Of a stretch of 64,000 bases of DNA, positions 9,715 to 19,951 are shown in pieces. The notes below the pieces were generated by a model, which saw only the letters and a list, made by a program, of their open reading frames with translations, was not told the DNA's origin and did no database searches. How positions within the stretch are numbered: the stretch's first letter is position 1; each line of letters opens with the position of its first letter. The DNA is from Bdellovibrionota bacterium (GTDB lineage Bacteria > Bdellovibrionota_C > UBA2361 > JAAYZI01). The position numbers and the translations under genes were made by a program. The DNA lies in assembly GCA_050950765.1 (NCBI GenBank), contig JBMNIF010000002.1, positions 896,001 through 960,000 on the forward strand. Direction: 5' to 3'.

Positions 9715-10716
9715 ATGAATAAGCAACCAACAGTGGCGATTTCCGGTGCTACGGGAGTAATCGGCAGTGAGATAGTTTCTATTATTAATGATATGCAGCT
9801 TCCCCTCGGGGAGGTACGCTTACTGGGATCTAAAAACTCAGTAGGAGAGGTGTATGATGTGCTCGATGATGAGGTTAAAGTTAATCTCTTAGAGAGTGAA
9901 AGCTTTGAAGGGGTGGATGTTGCTATCTTTGCTTTACCTGCAGATGTCGTTGAAAAATACGCCAAGAAAGCTTTGAGTGCCGGATGCGTTGTAATAGATA
10001 CATCTACTTTTTTCAGAATGAATGATGAGTCTCTTTTAGTTGTACCCGCTGTTAATCTTGAAGAGATTTCAAAAGAGACAAAGATGATAGCCTGCCCGAA
10101 TGCTTGTGTGGTCCAACTTGCGCCGCTTCTGCAGGTGGTAGATAAACTCGCCTCTATCAAGCGTGTGGTAGTTACGTCTCTACAACCTGTTGCCAGCGCC
10201 GGTAAGGTGGCTCTAGATGAATTGTGGAATCAGACAATGGCTATTTTTAGACAAGCTGAAGTTGAAATTGAAGCTTTTCAACATCAGATAGCTTTTAATT
10301 GCATTCCGCAGATCGGAGTTTTCTCAGATAACGGTTATACTAAAGAGGAGTTATCTATTGCAGTAGAATTGAAGCGAGTCCTTAAGAAAAAAGATCTGCA
10401 GATTTCATTAACAGCTGTGCGAATCCCGATCTTTCACGGAAGTTCTTTAGTAGTGAATATCGAGACAGAGAGAGCGCTTGAAGTATCCAATCTTAATGAT
10501 CAATTAACGAACGTAATTGACCTTGAAGTTATGCAAGCATACGAAGAGTATCCGATGCCCCTTTCTGTTGCCACTAATGCCGAAAATATTATCGGAAGAA
10601 TTAGAAAGGCGTCAGATAATGTTTTAGATCTCTGGATCTCCGCAGACGGTATCAGAGCGGGTGTTGCTTGTGGCGTTGCTAGAATTCTTCAACGCATTAT
10701 GGAGTGTCATCAGTAG
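9715..10716 (+). CDS. Aspartate-semialdehyde dehydrogenase family protein (Usg-like, catalytic residues altered)
   Basis: GATGVIG, HQIAFNCIPQI and NGYTKEE motifs; NPNCST reads CPNACV and GHS reads GSS; directly upstream of truA. Confidence 0.8.
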   Translation: MNKQPTVAISGATGVIGSEIVSIINDMQLPLGEVRLLGSKNSVGEVYDVLDDEVKVNLLESESFEGVDVAIFALPADVVEKYAKKALSAGCVVIDTSTFFRMNDESLLVVPAVNLEEISKETKMIACPNACVVQLAPLLQVVDKLASIKRVVVTSLQPVASAGKVALDELWNQTMAIFRQAEVEIEAFQHQIAFNCIPQIGVFSDNGYTKEELSIAVELKRVLKKKDLQISLTAVRIPIFHGSSLVVNIETERALEVSNLNDQLTNVIDLEVMQAYEEYPMPLSVATNAENIIGRIRKASDNVLDLWISADGIRAGVACGVARILQRIMECHQ

Positions 10717-10724
10717 TTTTTAAT

Positions 10725-11462
10725 ATGATTACAGTAAAGCTTATTATCGAGTACAACGGAGCCGGTTTTCATGGTTGGCAAAATCAACCTGGACAGCGCA
10801 CGGTACAAGGTGAGCTGGAACGTGTTCTGCCGATGATTTTGAGAGCTCCGTTAAAAAATTTTGTAGCATCAGGTAGAACTGATGCTGGAGTGCATGCCAA
10901 AGGGCAGGTGGTGAGCTTTCGTGTTGAAGAGGAGCCGGATCTTGAAAAAATTAAGCGTGCTGTTAGTTCACTGTTAAGCCCCGAGGTCTCTGTTTTATCA
11001 GCGGAGATAGTGGATAATTCTTTTCATGCTACCTTGAGTGCACGTGGAAAACGGTACGTTTATACGATAATAAACAGGCAGTCTCCGCCTACTTTGGATT
11101 ATGATCGCGCTTGGTGGGTAAGTGCAAAGCTAGATATTGAAAGAATGCGACTTGAAGCTGCGCAGTTATGCGGAGAGCATGATTTTAAAAGCTTTGCAGG
11201 ACCTAAATGCCAAGTAAAATCTACCGTTAGAACTATCACACGATCGGAGATCGTATCTGAACCACCATACCTATATTACATCGTTGAAGGAAACGGTTTT
11301 ATTAAGCAGATGGTGCGTAATATAGTCGGTACATTAGTAGATTTCGGGAAAGGTCGTGCACAGGCAGCTTCAATCTCCGAAGTTATGGCTGCTAAGGATA
11401 GACGTAGCGCCGGAGTAACTGCACCTGGCTATGGCTTGTGCTTGGAAGAAGTTTTTTACTAG
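10725..11462 (+). CDS. truA: tRNA pseudouridine(38-40) synthase TruA
   Basis: YNGAGFHGWQ, SGRTDAGVHAKGQV, GEHDFKSF, FIKQMVRNIVG and TAPGYGLCL. Confidence 0.96.
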   Translation: MITVKLIIEYNGAGFHGWQNQPGQRTVQGELERVLPMILRAPLKNFVASGRTDAGVHAKGQVVSFRVEEEPDLEKIKRAVSSLLSPEVSVLSAEIVDNSFHATLSARGKRYVYTIINRQSPPTLDYDRAWWVSAKLDIERMRLEAAQLCGEHDFKSFAGPKCQVKSTVRTITRSEIVSEPPYLYYIVEGNGFIKQMVRNIVGTLVDFGKGRAQAASISEVMAAKDRRSAGVTAPGYGLCLEEVFY

Positions 11463-11585
11463 ACTATCTTTAGGTACACTTTGTGTTTAAGAGGTTTTTT
11501 TACTAAACTATCTTTAGGTATACTTTGTGTTTGAGAAGTTTTTTATTAAACTCTCTTCTGCTATGGCTTGTGCTTGGAAGAAGCT
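11429..11585 (+). repeat. Degenerate ~44-bp tandem copies of the truA 3' end
   Basis: GCTATGGCTTGTGCTTGGAAGAAG at about 11429 and 11560; ACTATCTTTAGGTA occurs twice in between. Confidence 0.8.
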
Positions 11586-11703
11586 TCTCTGCATAGTCGG
11601 AAAAGGTTTTTTATGTTTTTAACCTTAGTTTTTTAGCTCTATACCAAATTAGATCTTTATGCTTATCATAAAATATCATTAATTTTATCATGGTGAGGAA
11701 GTT

Positions 11704-12336
11704 ATGGAGATGGGAGAAAACGTTAAGCCTGACATAGAATATCCCAATGCTGCGATGCCGGAGACGTTTAATTACGAGTTTATAAGCAAGAGAGTGTTAG
11801 AAGTTTTTTCTAATAAGCCGGAGGTGTGGGCAAAGATAAGACATGAATATGCAGATGTAAAAAGGATCTATCTAGCGTATCTGCTCGAGTTAATAGCGCT
11901 ATTTGTTTTGGGCGATCTCCTTTCACACCTGTTTAGTGATGGCTTTTTTAATGCAATAGTAATGAGTATTGTGACATATATTTTTACCTGCGCCGGTATA
12001 TATATTTCTGCTCTGCTGCTGGTTAAACTTGCGCCTAAGTTCGGGTGCAGCGTCGATATTGTTTCCGTTCTAAAGTTATTAGCGTATACATTAACTCCTG
12101 TGCTTGTAGCTGGTATTTTTTCTTTTATCGAGCATCTGGGAACATTGATCCGTTTAGTCGCTTTTCTTTACACCGTATATCTACTTTATTCCGCAATCTC
12201 TGTGTTGCTTGATGTGCCGAAAGAAAAGAGGGGAGTGTTCTTTGTACTTGTTTTAATAACAATATTACTTGCCAACATAGCACTCGTCGGTATCTTAAGT
12301 ACTATTATTATCGGAAGTGTTGTTGTCATACAGTAG
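11704..12336 (+). CDS. Yip1-family membrane protein
   Basis: P-x-x-x-W start, five hydrophobic helices, LAPKFG, LLAYTLTP and LYTVYLLY. Confidence 0.8.
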   Translation: MEMGENVKPDIEYPNAAMPETFNYEFISKRVLEVFSNKPEVWAKIRHEYADVKRIYLAYLLELIALFVLGDLLSHLFSDGFFNAIVMSIVTYIFTCAGIYISALLLVKLAPKFGCSVDIVSVLKLLAYTLTPVLVAGIFSFIEHLGTLIRLVAFLYTVYLLYSAISVLLDVPKEKRGVFFVLVLITILLANIALVGILSTIIIGSVVVIQ

Positions 12337-12672
12337 CACAATAAGAAGAGAATCACGTGTTTTTTAGGGAATGCCGTTTCCCACCTATTTTAATCTAGCT
12401 CTGTAAAAAAAGAGTTCGCGAAAGCGCTACACGTCGATAATGTGCACCAATAGAACGTGGTTTTACTTACATTTGAACTCATTGTATGGATTGTAAGAAC
12501 GTCTAAAACGCAATATATTATTGAGATATCGTAAGATGTTAGTGGTGGAGAGGTGACTTTTGTAACCGTTTTAGGTGGCTTGAAGTGTCGAAGAGTTGCG
12601 AACCGTTACAAAATTTCAGGATGCATACTGAACGGAAAAAGGTGTGCACGTTAAATTCTAAAAAGGTAGATT

Positions 12673-15201
12673 ATGAATAATCAGAAGATTTTAAGCAGAG
12701 GTGCTGCTGCAATGGCTCTCTCGCTGATGACGCCGTTAATGGCGTTGGCAGAAGGAGGAAGTGAACGTTCTTTAGCTTCAGTCCCGTGTTGGTGGTGGAG
12801 TGTGCCGATCTTAGGAGCGTTAGCCTTAGTGATGGCTTTTTATTTCTATAAGTCAATTATGAAAGCTCCTGAGGGTAACGATCGCATGAAAGAGATCGCA
12901 GGTTATGTAAGAGAAGGCGCTTATGCGTATCTGCGCAGACAGTATAAAGTTGTCGCAATCGTTATTGTTGTGCTCAGTATACTTTTAGCCTTTATGGCGT
13001 TTGTATTGCACGTGCAGCATCCACTTGTGCCGTTTGCTTTTATAACTGGTGCCTTTTTCTCCGCTTTGTCAGGTTTTATCGGGATGAAGACTGCTACGGC
13101 AGCATCTGCCAGAACTGCACAAGGCGCTAGTGAATCATTGAATAAAGGTTTAACTATCGCTTTTAGAGCTGGTGCTGTGATGGGATTAACGGTAGTTGGT
13201 CTTGCACTCGCCGATATTGCGATGTGGTTTCTATATCTTTATTTAGGGCATCATCGACTCTTTGGTGGAGATCCGATGAACCTTGAAACGATCACCGTTG
13301 TGATGTTGTGTTTCGGGATGGGTGCTTCAACGCAGGCGTTATTCGCGCGTGTTGGTGGTGGTATCTACACCAAAGCTGCTGATGTCGGTGCTGATTTAGT
13401 TGGTAAAGTTGAAGCGGGCATTCCTGAAGACGATCCCCGTAATCCTGCCGTAATTGCAGATAACGTTGGTGATAACGTCGGTGACGTTGCCGGTATGGGA
13501 GCAGACCTTTATGAAAGTTATGCTGGAGCTATTTTAAGTAGTGCGGCGTTAGGTGTGGCAGCCGTTTCAATTGCTGCGGGAAGTTTTGAGGATGCCTTCA
13601 AATATTTAACAGCGCCGATGTTGATCGCCGCCGCAGGAATCTTGGCTTCAATTATCGGTATCTTCGTAGTGAGAACTAAAGAAGATGCTAGCATGAAGAC
13701 CCTGTTATGGGCTTTAAATAGAGGTATCTACCTTTCAAGTGTTTTGATTGTGATATTTGCTTTTGCCGTTGTTCACTTCCTTGCTTTGCCGATGGGGGTC
13801 TTCTGGTCAATCTTGATCGGACTCTTGTTGGGTATCATTATCGGAAAGGGTACTGAACTGGCTACGGCTGCGGAGTATCGTGCCACGCAGTTTGTTGCAA
13901 GTCAGACTGAAACAGGGCCCGCTACTGTTGTTATTGCAGGTATCGCAGAAGGAATGATGTCAACATGGATCCCAGTTGTTGGTGTTTGCTTGGGAACATT
14001 ACTCTCTTTTGGAGCGATGGGTGGTTTCGGTTCCGGTGATACTGCTTTGGTGGATGGTTTGTACGGTATTGCTATGGCGGCCGTTGCTATGCTTTCAACG
14101 CTCGGCTTAACTCTTGCGACTGATGCATATGGTCCTATCGCTGATAATGCGGGTGGTAATGCTGAGATGGCAGGGTTGCCAGCGGAAGTTCGTCAGAGAA
14201 CGGATGCGTTAGATTCTCTCGGTAATACTACGGCAGCTATCGGGAAAGGGTTTGCTATCGGTTCAGCAGCTTTAACAGCTTTGGCTCTATTAGCCAGTTA
14301 TGTTGAAGAGGTGAGGATCGGTCTTCATCGTGAAGCTGCCGTTGTATATGAAGTACCTGCTGGTGCTGAATATGCGACAAAAGATCTAGGTTACGGCAAA
14401 TACGGTATCTATTTTGCTGGTGCTGAAGGATCTTCGAAAGAAGCTTATACAATCAGCGCTTTTGCTAGTGATACTGATAAAGCCTTTGATATTGAGGTTG
14501 ATGGTAAGACTGTTTCAGTAATCGCCAACCAAAAAGGTGAAAGGGTTAAAAATCAAGCGCTACTTCAGACCAGTGGTGTCGCCAGCTTGCCTGATTATAT
14601 GGATTATTATGGCGTTACGTTGATTAATCCGAAGATTATAGTCGGCGCTTTCTTAGGTGTGCTATTGGTTTTCGTTTTCTGTGCCATGACGTTAAAGGCT
14701 GTCGGTAAAGCCGCCTATGATATGGTAACGGAGGTTAGACGACAATTTGCAGAACACAAGGGGATTATGGATGGTTCAGAAAAACCTGATTATGCTCGTT
14801 GTGTGGCTATTTCAACAGCGGGTGCGCAGCGCGCCATGATTATCCCATCACTGGTGGCGATCGTTGTGCCGATCGTTGTCGGGCTTGTGCTTGGTGTTGG
14901 TGCGGTGCTAGGACTTCTTGTTGGTGGATTGACAGGAGGCTTCTGCATGGCAGTCTTTATGGCTAATGCCGGTGGCGCTTGGGATAACGCTAAGAAGTAT
15001 ATTGAAGCTGGTAATTTCGGCGGTAAAGGCAGCATTCAACATAAAGCTGCTGTTGTTGGCGATACGGTTGGAGATCCGTTTAAGGATACATCAGGTCCAT
15101 CGTTGAACATCCTGATGAAACTTATGACCATGGTTAGCATTGTTTTTGCGGGTTTAATTGTAAAATACTCTCCGCAGATCTCTTCTTTCTTTGGTATGTA
15201 A
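12673..15201 (+). CDS. hppA: Membrane-bound ion-translocating pyrophosphatase (K+-dependent, Na+ or Na+/H+ type)
   Basis: [35 protein letters not shown] (Ala = K+-dependent), [12 protein letters not shown] and [14 protein letters not shown]. Confidence 0.97.
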   Translation: MNNQKILSRGAAAMALSLMTPLMALAEGGSERSLASVPCWWWSVPILGALALVMAFYFYKSIMKAPEGNDRMKEIAGYVREGAYAYLRRQYKVVAIVIVVLSILLAFMAFVLHVQHPLVPFAFITGAFFSALSGFIGMKTATAASARTAQGASESLNKGLTIAFRAGAVMGLTVVGLALADIAMWFLYLYLGHHRLFGGDPMNLETITVVMLCFGMGASTQALFARVGGGIYTKAADVGADLVGKVEAGIPEDDPRNPAVIADNVGDNVGDVAGMGADLYESYAGAILSSAALGVAAVSIAAGSFEDAFKYLTAPMLIAAAGILASIIGIFVVRTKEDASMKTLLWALNRGIYLSSVLIVIFAFAVVHFLALPMGVFWSILIGLLLGIIIGKGTELATAAEYRATQFVASQTETGPATVVIAGIAEGMMSTWIPVVGVCLGTLLSFGAMGGFGSGDTALVDGLYGIAMAAVAMLSTLGLTLATDAYGPIADNAGGNAEMAGLPAEVRQRTDALDSLGNTTAAIGKGFAIGSAALTALALLASYVEEVRIGLHREAAVVYEVPAGAEYATKDLGYGKYGIYFAGAEGSSKEAYTISAFASDTDKAFDIEVDGKTVSVIANQKGERVKNQALLQTSGVASLPDYMDYYGVTLINPKIIVGAFLGVLLVFVFCAMTLKAVGKAAYDMVTEVRRQFAEHKGIMDGSEKPDYARCVAISTAGAQRAMIIPSLVAIVVPIVVGLVLGVGAVLGLLVGGLTGGFCMAVFMANAGGAWDNAKKYIEAGNFGGKGSIQHKAAVVGDTVGDPFKDTSGPSLNILMKLMTMVSIVFAGLIVKYSPQISSFFGM

Positions 15202-15241
15202 GAAATTAAAGATCCGAGTATAAAGATCGGATCTAAAAAAT

Positions 15242-15310
15242 AAAAAACGGCACCTCTGATCACCCTGAAAAGTAGTATAAAAACAGTGTGAAGATGAGGT
15301 GCCGTTTTTT
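15242..15310. terminator. Inverted repeat, probable bidirectional terminator
   Basis: AAAAAACGGCACCTC...GAGGTGCCGTTTTTT between convergent genes; the loop is long (~39 nt). Confidence 0.6.
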
Positions 15311-15348
15311 TATCTATGCGGTGTCCGATAGTGTTATAATAAATTTAT

Positions 15349-17301
15349 CTATCTGACGAATCTACCTTCCCAATTTGCAGAATCGCTATAAGTGATGATC
15401 GGGGCGTGTTTAGCCAAGCCGATCATTGAGAAGATTTTTAACGGGACTTTAACACTTGTTGTAACGGTGAACTTATCACCATTAGAAGTTGCTTCGACAG
15501 TAGCGCAGGAATCTTGTTTGCAATCCCAATGCACCCAAGGTAGTGCTGCGTTAATGGCGTTTCGAGCTTTTGCTTCAGCGATATTAAGATCGTGAGAGAC
15601 TCCGGAAAGAGCGCCATTAAAGATCGGAGCTCCGATATCACAGATCCATTCACTAGAGTTAAAACAGTAGGTCGGGATCTCCGACCACAAGAAGGGGCTA
15701 CCTGCAATACCTTCATAAGGTGTTGTCGCTATGTTTGAAGGTTCAGCGTTGTAACAAGCTAGTTGCGGGTTTGTGGTGGATACCCTTTTACCAACTTGAG
15801 TTTTAGTTGGAGTGATAAGATCTTCCGATATCTCGAAAAAAGGTTGTAAAGCTTTAGCACTTTCTCTCTTTACTCTGCTCTCCCAGTTGCAGATCGGATC
15901 GTGCTTACCGAAGAAGAGGGAGCCTTTTTTCTCTGTTTTATCCTTTATCAGGTCTGATACTTTAACTTGAGAGCTCTTGTGTTCAGTAAGACAACTAAGT
16001 GACGAAGTGTTGTTATCTATCCCTTCAGCAGTTACAAAGATCTTATCTTTTACGGCAAAGGCGTTTTTCGGAAGTTGTGCAACTGTGGCAGTCCCTGAAC
16101 AGGAATTATCTTCCAATAGAGAGCAAGCTTTTAAAGCATCAGGAATTGTTGTTTTTGTGATACTCTCTTCAGGGAGAGCAGCTCCGTTTATAGTGGCTGT
16201 GCACCGTGCACCTTCTTTTTCTTGGCAACGAATATTGCAGAGAGATTGTTTCACTACCTTTTCGCTGAATAATCTGATCTGATTAGCCTTCCAACTAACG
16301 TGTCCCGCAGTTGTTCTTTCACCTATAAAGCCGCGATGCTCTAAAACGAAGAGGAGGCAAACGGATTCTCCCCGTTTTGCTTTAAGCTCTTTATTATAAC
16401 TTTCATTATATTCTAATATCCCTTCTTTAAGTGTAGAATCGCCGTTAATATTCTCTTTAGCACTTCCGCGAGTATAAAGAGAACCGTCTGAAGATCCAAC
16501 AAACTCACGCCCGCCAAGCGAAGTCCAGCCCGAGATATTTTTTAGATCACTCGGGAGCACTTGAGGCTTAGCTGGGCATGCTGATCCTGCTGCGTAATAA
16601 AGTAAGACAGCGCCTTTGGTGTTTTTAGTTGTTCCTCTAGCGGATCCATTAACGTGCAGCACTAGCTTTACCTTGTCGGAGCACCGTTTAGATCCGTTTG
16701 GTAAAAAGACACCATCGACCTCTTGTAACTTTTCATAACACGGCGCATCGTCCAGAGTAGGAATTTTACCAAGTTTTACCACGCCTAAAACCGTAGCGCC
16801 GTTCTTTACGGTGCCACTTAACCTTGAAAGGTGTGATTTTTTGGAGTCTCTGTTAAAGAGGGGGTGGTATTTATTTCCAGCGGCATCAGTAAAGGTAGGG
16901 TTTAACGCCTCTTCTTGTGTTGAGCCGATATTTATCTTAGGGGTGTTTTCAAGGGAAACGTAATAGGTGCTATCTGCAAGTTTAGGAGCTTCTAAGTAGG
17001 CGAGTGAGAGGGCACCGTCGAATTTGTATTGTGGTATCGACCATCCTAAGGTGGCTTTGGCACGTGTAACGGGGTAGCGCGCGCTCAATTTTGAATTATC
17101 GATGGTACAGGCACCATCTGTCGGGGTTAGACACCGTAAAGCTTCCGCCACACCGTCCTGCATCCCAGTATAAGCTTGAAAGGTGGAGTTTATATCGATA
17201 ACACCGATAATAAAGAAGATAACAAAGGGGAGGATTAAGGCTTGTTCTAAGATTGAATATCCAGCATCCTTTTTAGCATTTCTTAAACAACTATTCTTCA
17301 T
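15349..17301 (-). CDS. Large TadE-like pseudopilin
   Basis: N-terminal GYSILEQALILPFVIFFIIGVIDI (TadE motif); Cys-rich middle; TadE-like C-terminal strands. Confidence 0.7.
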   Translation of the reverse strand: MKNSCLRNAKKDAGYSILEQALILPFVIFFIIGVIDINSTFQAYTGMQDGVAEALRCLTPTDGACTIDNSKLSARYPVTRAKATLGWSIPQYKFDGALSLAYLEAPKLADSTYYVSLENTPKINIGSTQEEALNPTFTDAAGNKYHPLFNRDSKKSHLSRLSGTVKNGATVLGVVKLGKIPTLDDAPCYEKLQEVDGVFLPNGSKRCSDKVKLVLHVNGSARGTTKNTKGAVLLYYAAGSACPAKPQVLPSDLKNISGWTSLGGREFVGSSDGSLYTRGSAKENINGDSTLKEGILEYNESYNKELKAKRGESVCLLFVLEHRGFIGERTTAGHVSWKANQIRLFSEKVVKQSLCNIRCQEKEGARCTATINGAALPEESITKTTIPDALKACSLLEDNSCSGTATVAQLPKNAFAVKDKIFVTAEGIDNNTSSLSCLTEHKSSQVKVSDLIKDKTEKKGSLFFGKHDPICNWESRVKRESAKALQPFFEISEDLITPTKTQVGKRVSTTNPQLACYNAEPSNIATTPYEGIAGSPFLWSEIPTYCFNSSEWICDIGAPIFNGALSGVSHDLNIAEAKARNAINAALPWVHWDCKQDSCATVEATSNGDKFTVTTSVKVPLKIFSMIGLAKHAPIITYSDSANWEGRFVR

Positions 17302-17603
17302 CTTGCGATCCTACAAAAAATACAACAAACAAAAACGGCACTTCATAGTTCAGGTCATGTGATGACCCTTAAAATGCAGTTTTCGCAAAAGAAGTAGAAA
17401 TGTTTCTAAGAGAAGGTACGTTTTTTCCTCTTTTTATTCAATCAAAATCGGTAATTTATAGGCGAGGTTAAGCTAGAAGATGTTTAAATGCTTTAATTAT
17501 AGGAACGTATAGAAAAGGCTAATAATCGCTAGAAAAGAAGGGGCTAAAAAGTGGGAAGCTAGAAAATAAGAGTGGAGAAAAGTGAGGTAAAAGCAATAAA
17601 AAA

Positions 17604-17633
17604 TTGAGAACTTATGTTACGGTATGGTATAAG
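17604..17633 (+). promoter_or_regulatory. Putative sigma70 promoter
   Basis: TTGAGA-N18-TATAAG with an extended -10 TG, upstream of the ORF at 17703. Confidence 0.45.
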
Positions 17634-17702
17634 ATAAGAATAACAGAGATATATAGTTACATAGTTTTAACCGTTAATTTTTTTTGATTAAGGGGCGGTC
17701 TT

Positions 17703-18290
17703 ATGTCTGGTGGAGTGAGTTATAACTACAAAAACCCTGCTGTAAACAGGATGACGGAAGCGGCTGAAAGTTTTGCTGTGAATGCTGATAATCAGTATCT
17801 TGCAGCAACAAAGGTGTTGCAGACGGCAGGGCTATCGGATGTAGTTAACCGTGTTTCAGAGAGACAAAATTATAGTGTATTTGTAGGTAGTAATAATACG
17901 GATGTGATGCAGGCGCTCAAAGAAGATGTTAGTGTCGCTGTTCGTGGTCACGTATCACAAGGTGAAGAGGAGAGGGTCATTCGGATTGTTAATGATATGT
18001 TGGAACTCCAAAGAGCACCATCTATCACTGCAAAAAATGATTTATCAATATTAGGAAAAGGCGTTGTAGGTGCTGCTGTTTTAGATGCTGTGATAGGTGC
18101 TGCTGGCGCATCGGATGCTGATAGGCAGGAAGCTAATAAGCAGAAAGCGACCGCACAAACGGCATTAAATAATGCTCAAGGAGAACTGGAAAGAGCAAAG
18201 GGATCGGGGGACACAGCAGCAATAAAGAGGGCAGAAGATCTTGTGGAAAAGAAGCGGGCTGAGTTATATAACGCCACTACCGCCGCTTAA
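17703..18290 (+). CDS. Hypothetical protein with Ala-rich coiled-coil C-terminus
   Basis: 195-aa ORF with an RBS-like AAGGGG and a downstream hairpin. Confidence 0.7.
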   Translation: MSGGVSYNYKNPAVNRMTEAAESFAVNADNQYLAATKVLQTAGLSDVVNRVSERQNYSVFVGSNNTDVMQALKEDVSVAVRGHVSQGEEERVIRIVNDMLELQRAPSITAKNDLSILGKGVVGAAVLDAVIGAAGASDADRQEANKQKATAQTALNNAQGELERAKGSGDTAAIKRAEDLVEKKRAELYNATTAA

Positions 18291-18324
18291 ACCCAATACA
18301 CTTTTTAATACCGTCTTATTGCAG

Positions 18325-18360
18325 TAAGAGGAAGTAGTGCTAAAACACTCCTTCCTCTTA
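18325..18360. terminator. Hairpin terminator
   Basis: TAAGAGGAAG-TAGTG...CACTC-CTTCCTCTTA. Confidence 0.6.
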
Positions 18361-18659
18361 AAATTAACTAGGTAATCTTATCTGACTTTAACTCTTCTAA
18401 CTTTGCTTCTTCTATCTCCTGAAGCAACGTAAGCTTTAATTACCTTACCTTTCTTAAGTCTCTTAGAGAGTCTAACTTTCCAGATCTTTCTCTGATTCGA
18501 AACTGTTCTGTACATTTTGCCCATAGCTCTAACAAAAACAGTAGATCCAGCAGCAGCCCGCCCTCTTATCAGTTTACAATAATAGCCACCACTTTCCTTA
18601 AATACAGTTATAAAAAAGCATTTTACAATAAGGGGCGTTTAAATTGATCTTGTATTTTT

Positions 18660-18910
18660 GGAGGTAAGGGCTATTTAAAAAGAAGCCGATCGTGAAGTAA
18701 GAAGGGGAACCGAGAAATCTTTAACTACCGTGTATTGAGCGGAGGTAAGGGCTATTTGAAAAGAAGCCGATAGTGAAGTAAGAAGGGGGATCGAGAAATT
18801 TTTAACTACCGTGCATTAAACGGAGGTAAGGGCTATTTAGGATAAAGTTACTTGTGAAGTAAGAAGGGGGATCGAGAAAATATTAACTATCGTGTATTAA
18901 ACGGAGGTAA
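18660..18910. repeat. 81-bp tandem repeat x3 containing the 3' end of the RluA-family gene
   Basis: GGAGGTAA at 18660, 18741, 18822 and 18903 (the last inside the CDS); TAACTAYCGTGYATT repeated. Confidence 0.9.
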
Positions 18911-19867
18911 AAGCCAATCGGGAAGGAGTGCTTCTGGAACTGAAACCTCGAGGGGGGTGTGGCTAAAGGGGTGGATAATGGAAAGTTTGTAACTTAGTAG
19001 GTGTAGGGTAGGCGCTGCTGCACCGGCGTAAAAGGTATCTCCAAGTAGTGGAAAACCTGCAAAGGCGCTGTGTACACGGATTTGATGAGTGCGACCCGTT
19101 AGAGGTTCAGCTTGTAAAATGGTTGTGCCGTGAGGAGTTTCGTATAGTCGTGTAAATTTTGTGATCGCACTTTTTCCGTCTTCAGGTGTTGTTACCTTTC
19201 GTAGTACGGGGTGTCTTAAATCCCGACCGATCGGTTTATCAACGGTAAAGGTAGCGTCTACTGTTTTACCACTTACCTCTAACAGATAATATTTGTGGAT
19301 GGAGCGACGTTCAAACATCTGTTGTAAAGCGATGTGAGAGCGTCTTGATTTACTAACGATGATAACCCCCGCTGTTGCCACATCAAGGCGTGATGGCATG
19401 TGTAACTTACGCCCTGTGTAATCTTCCAGTGATCTTAAAAGGCTGAACTTGGATTGCTCCTTAGCAGGTTTACTGGGAAGCCCTGCCGGTTTAAAGGCGA
19501 CTAATAGGTCATCATCTTCAAAAAGGAGGTGCTTCTCCGGTAAAAATGGTGGATAGAGGTGCGCCATCTCTGCAAGAGGTAGCTTCGGCTCGAAATATTC
19601 TATCTTACACGGTGCAGAGAGGATTATATCAGAGGTAACAGGTCGTCCGTTGATAAAGATGCCGCCCCACTCAAAACGTTCTTGCCAATCATCATGATTT
19701 AGCTCTGGAAATTTTTTTTTGAAAAAAGTTAGAAGAGTTTCACCTGATTTTAGCTCCTTTTTGTACACTTTCCACATCCAATGTTTAGTGTTGAGGATGT
19801 CGTATATTTTTGAGATCTCCTGATTCTTCATGACGGGGATGGTAATACCGACAGAATTTTTGAGCAA
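18887..19867 (-). CDS. RluA-family pseudouridine synthase
   Basis: FKPAGLPS, SRLDVATAG, TGRTHQIRVH and GDTFY; start codon uncertain. Confidence 0.9.
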   Translation of the reverse strand: MLKNSVGITIPVMKNQEISKIYDILNTKHWMWKVYKKELKSGETLLTFFKKKFPELNHDDWQERFEWGGIFINGRPVTSDIILSAPCKIEYFEPKLPLAEMAHLYPPFLPEKHLLFEDDDLLVAFKPAGLPSKPAKEQSKFSLLRSLEDYTGRKLHMPSRLDVATAGVIIVSKSRRSHIALQQMFERRSIHKYYLLEVSGKTVDATFTVDKPIGRDLRHPVLRKVTTPEDGKSAITKFTRLYETPHGTTILQAEPLTGRTHQIRVHSAFAGFPLLGDTFYAGAAAPTLHLLSYKLSIIHPFSHTPLEVSVPEALLPDWLLPPFNTR

Positions 19868-19951
19868 CTTCTTGAAAAAAATAAGAAAAAAGCCACCTTT
19901 TTAGTAGCGAATATTTTTCAGTCGTTGTATGAATAGGGTAGTAGTAGCGAA

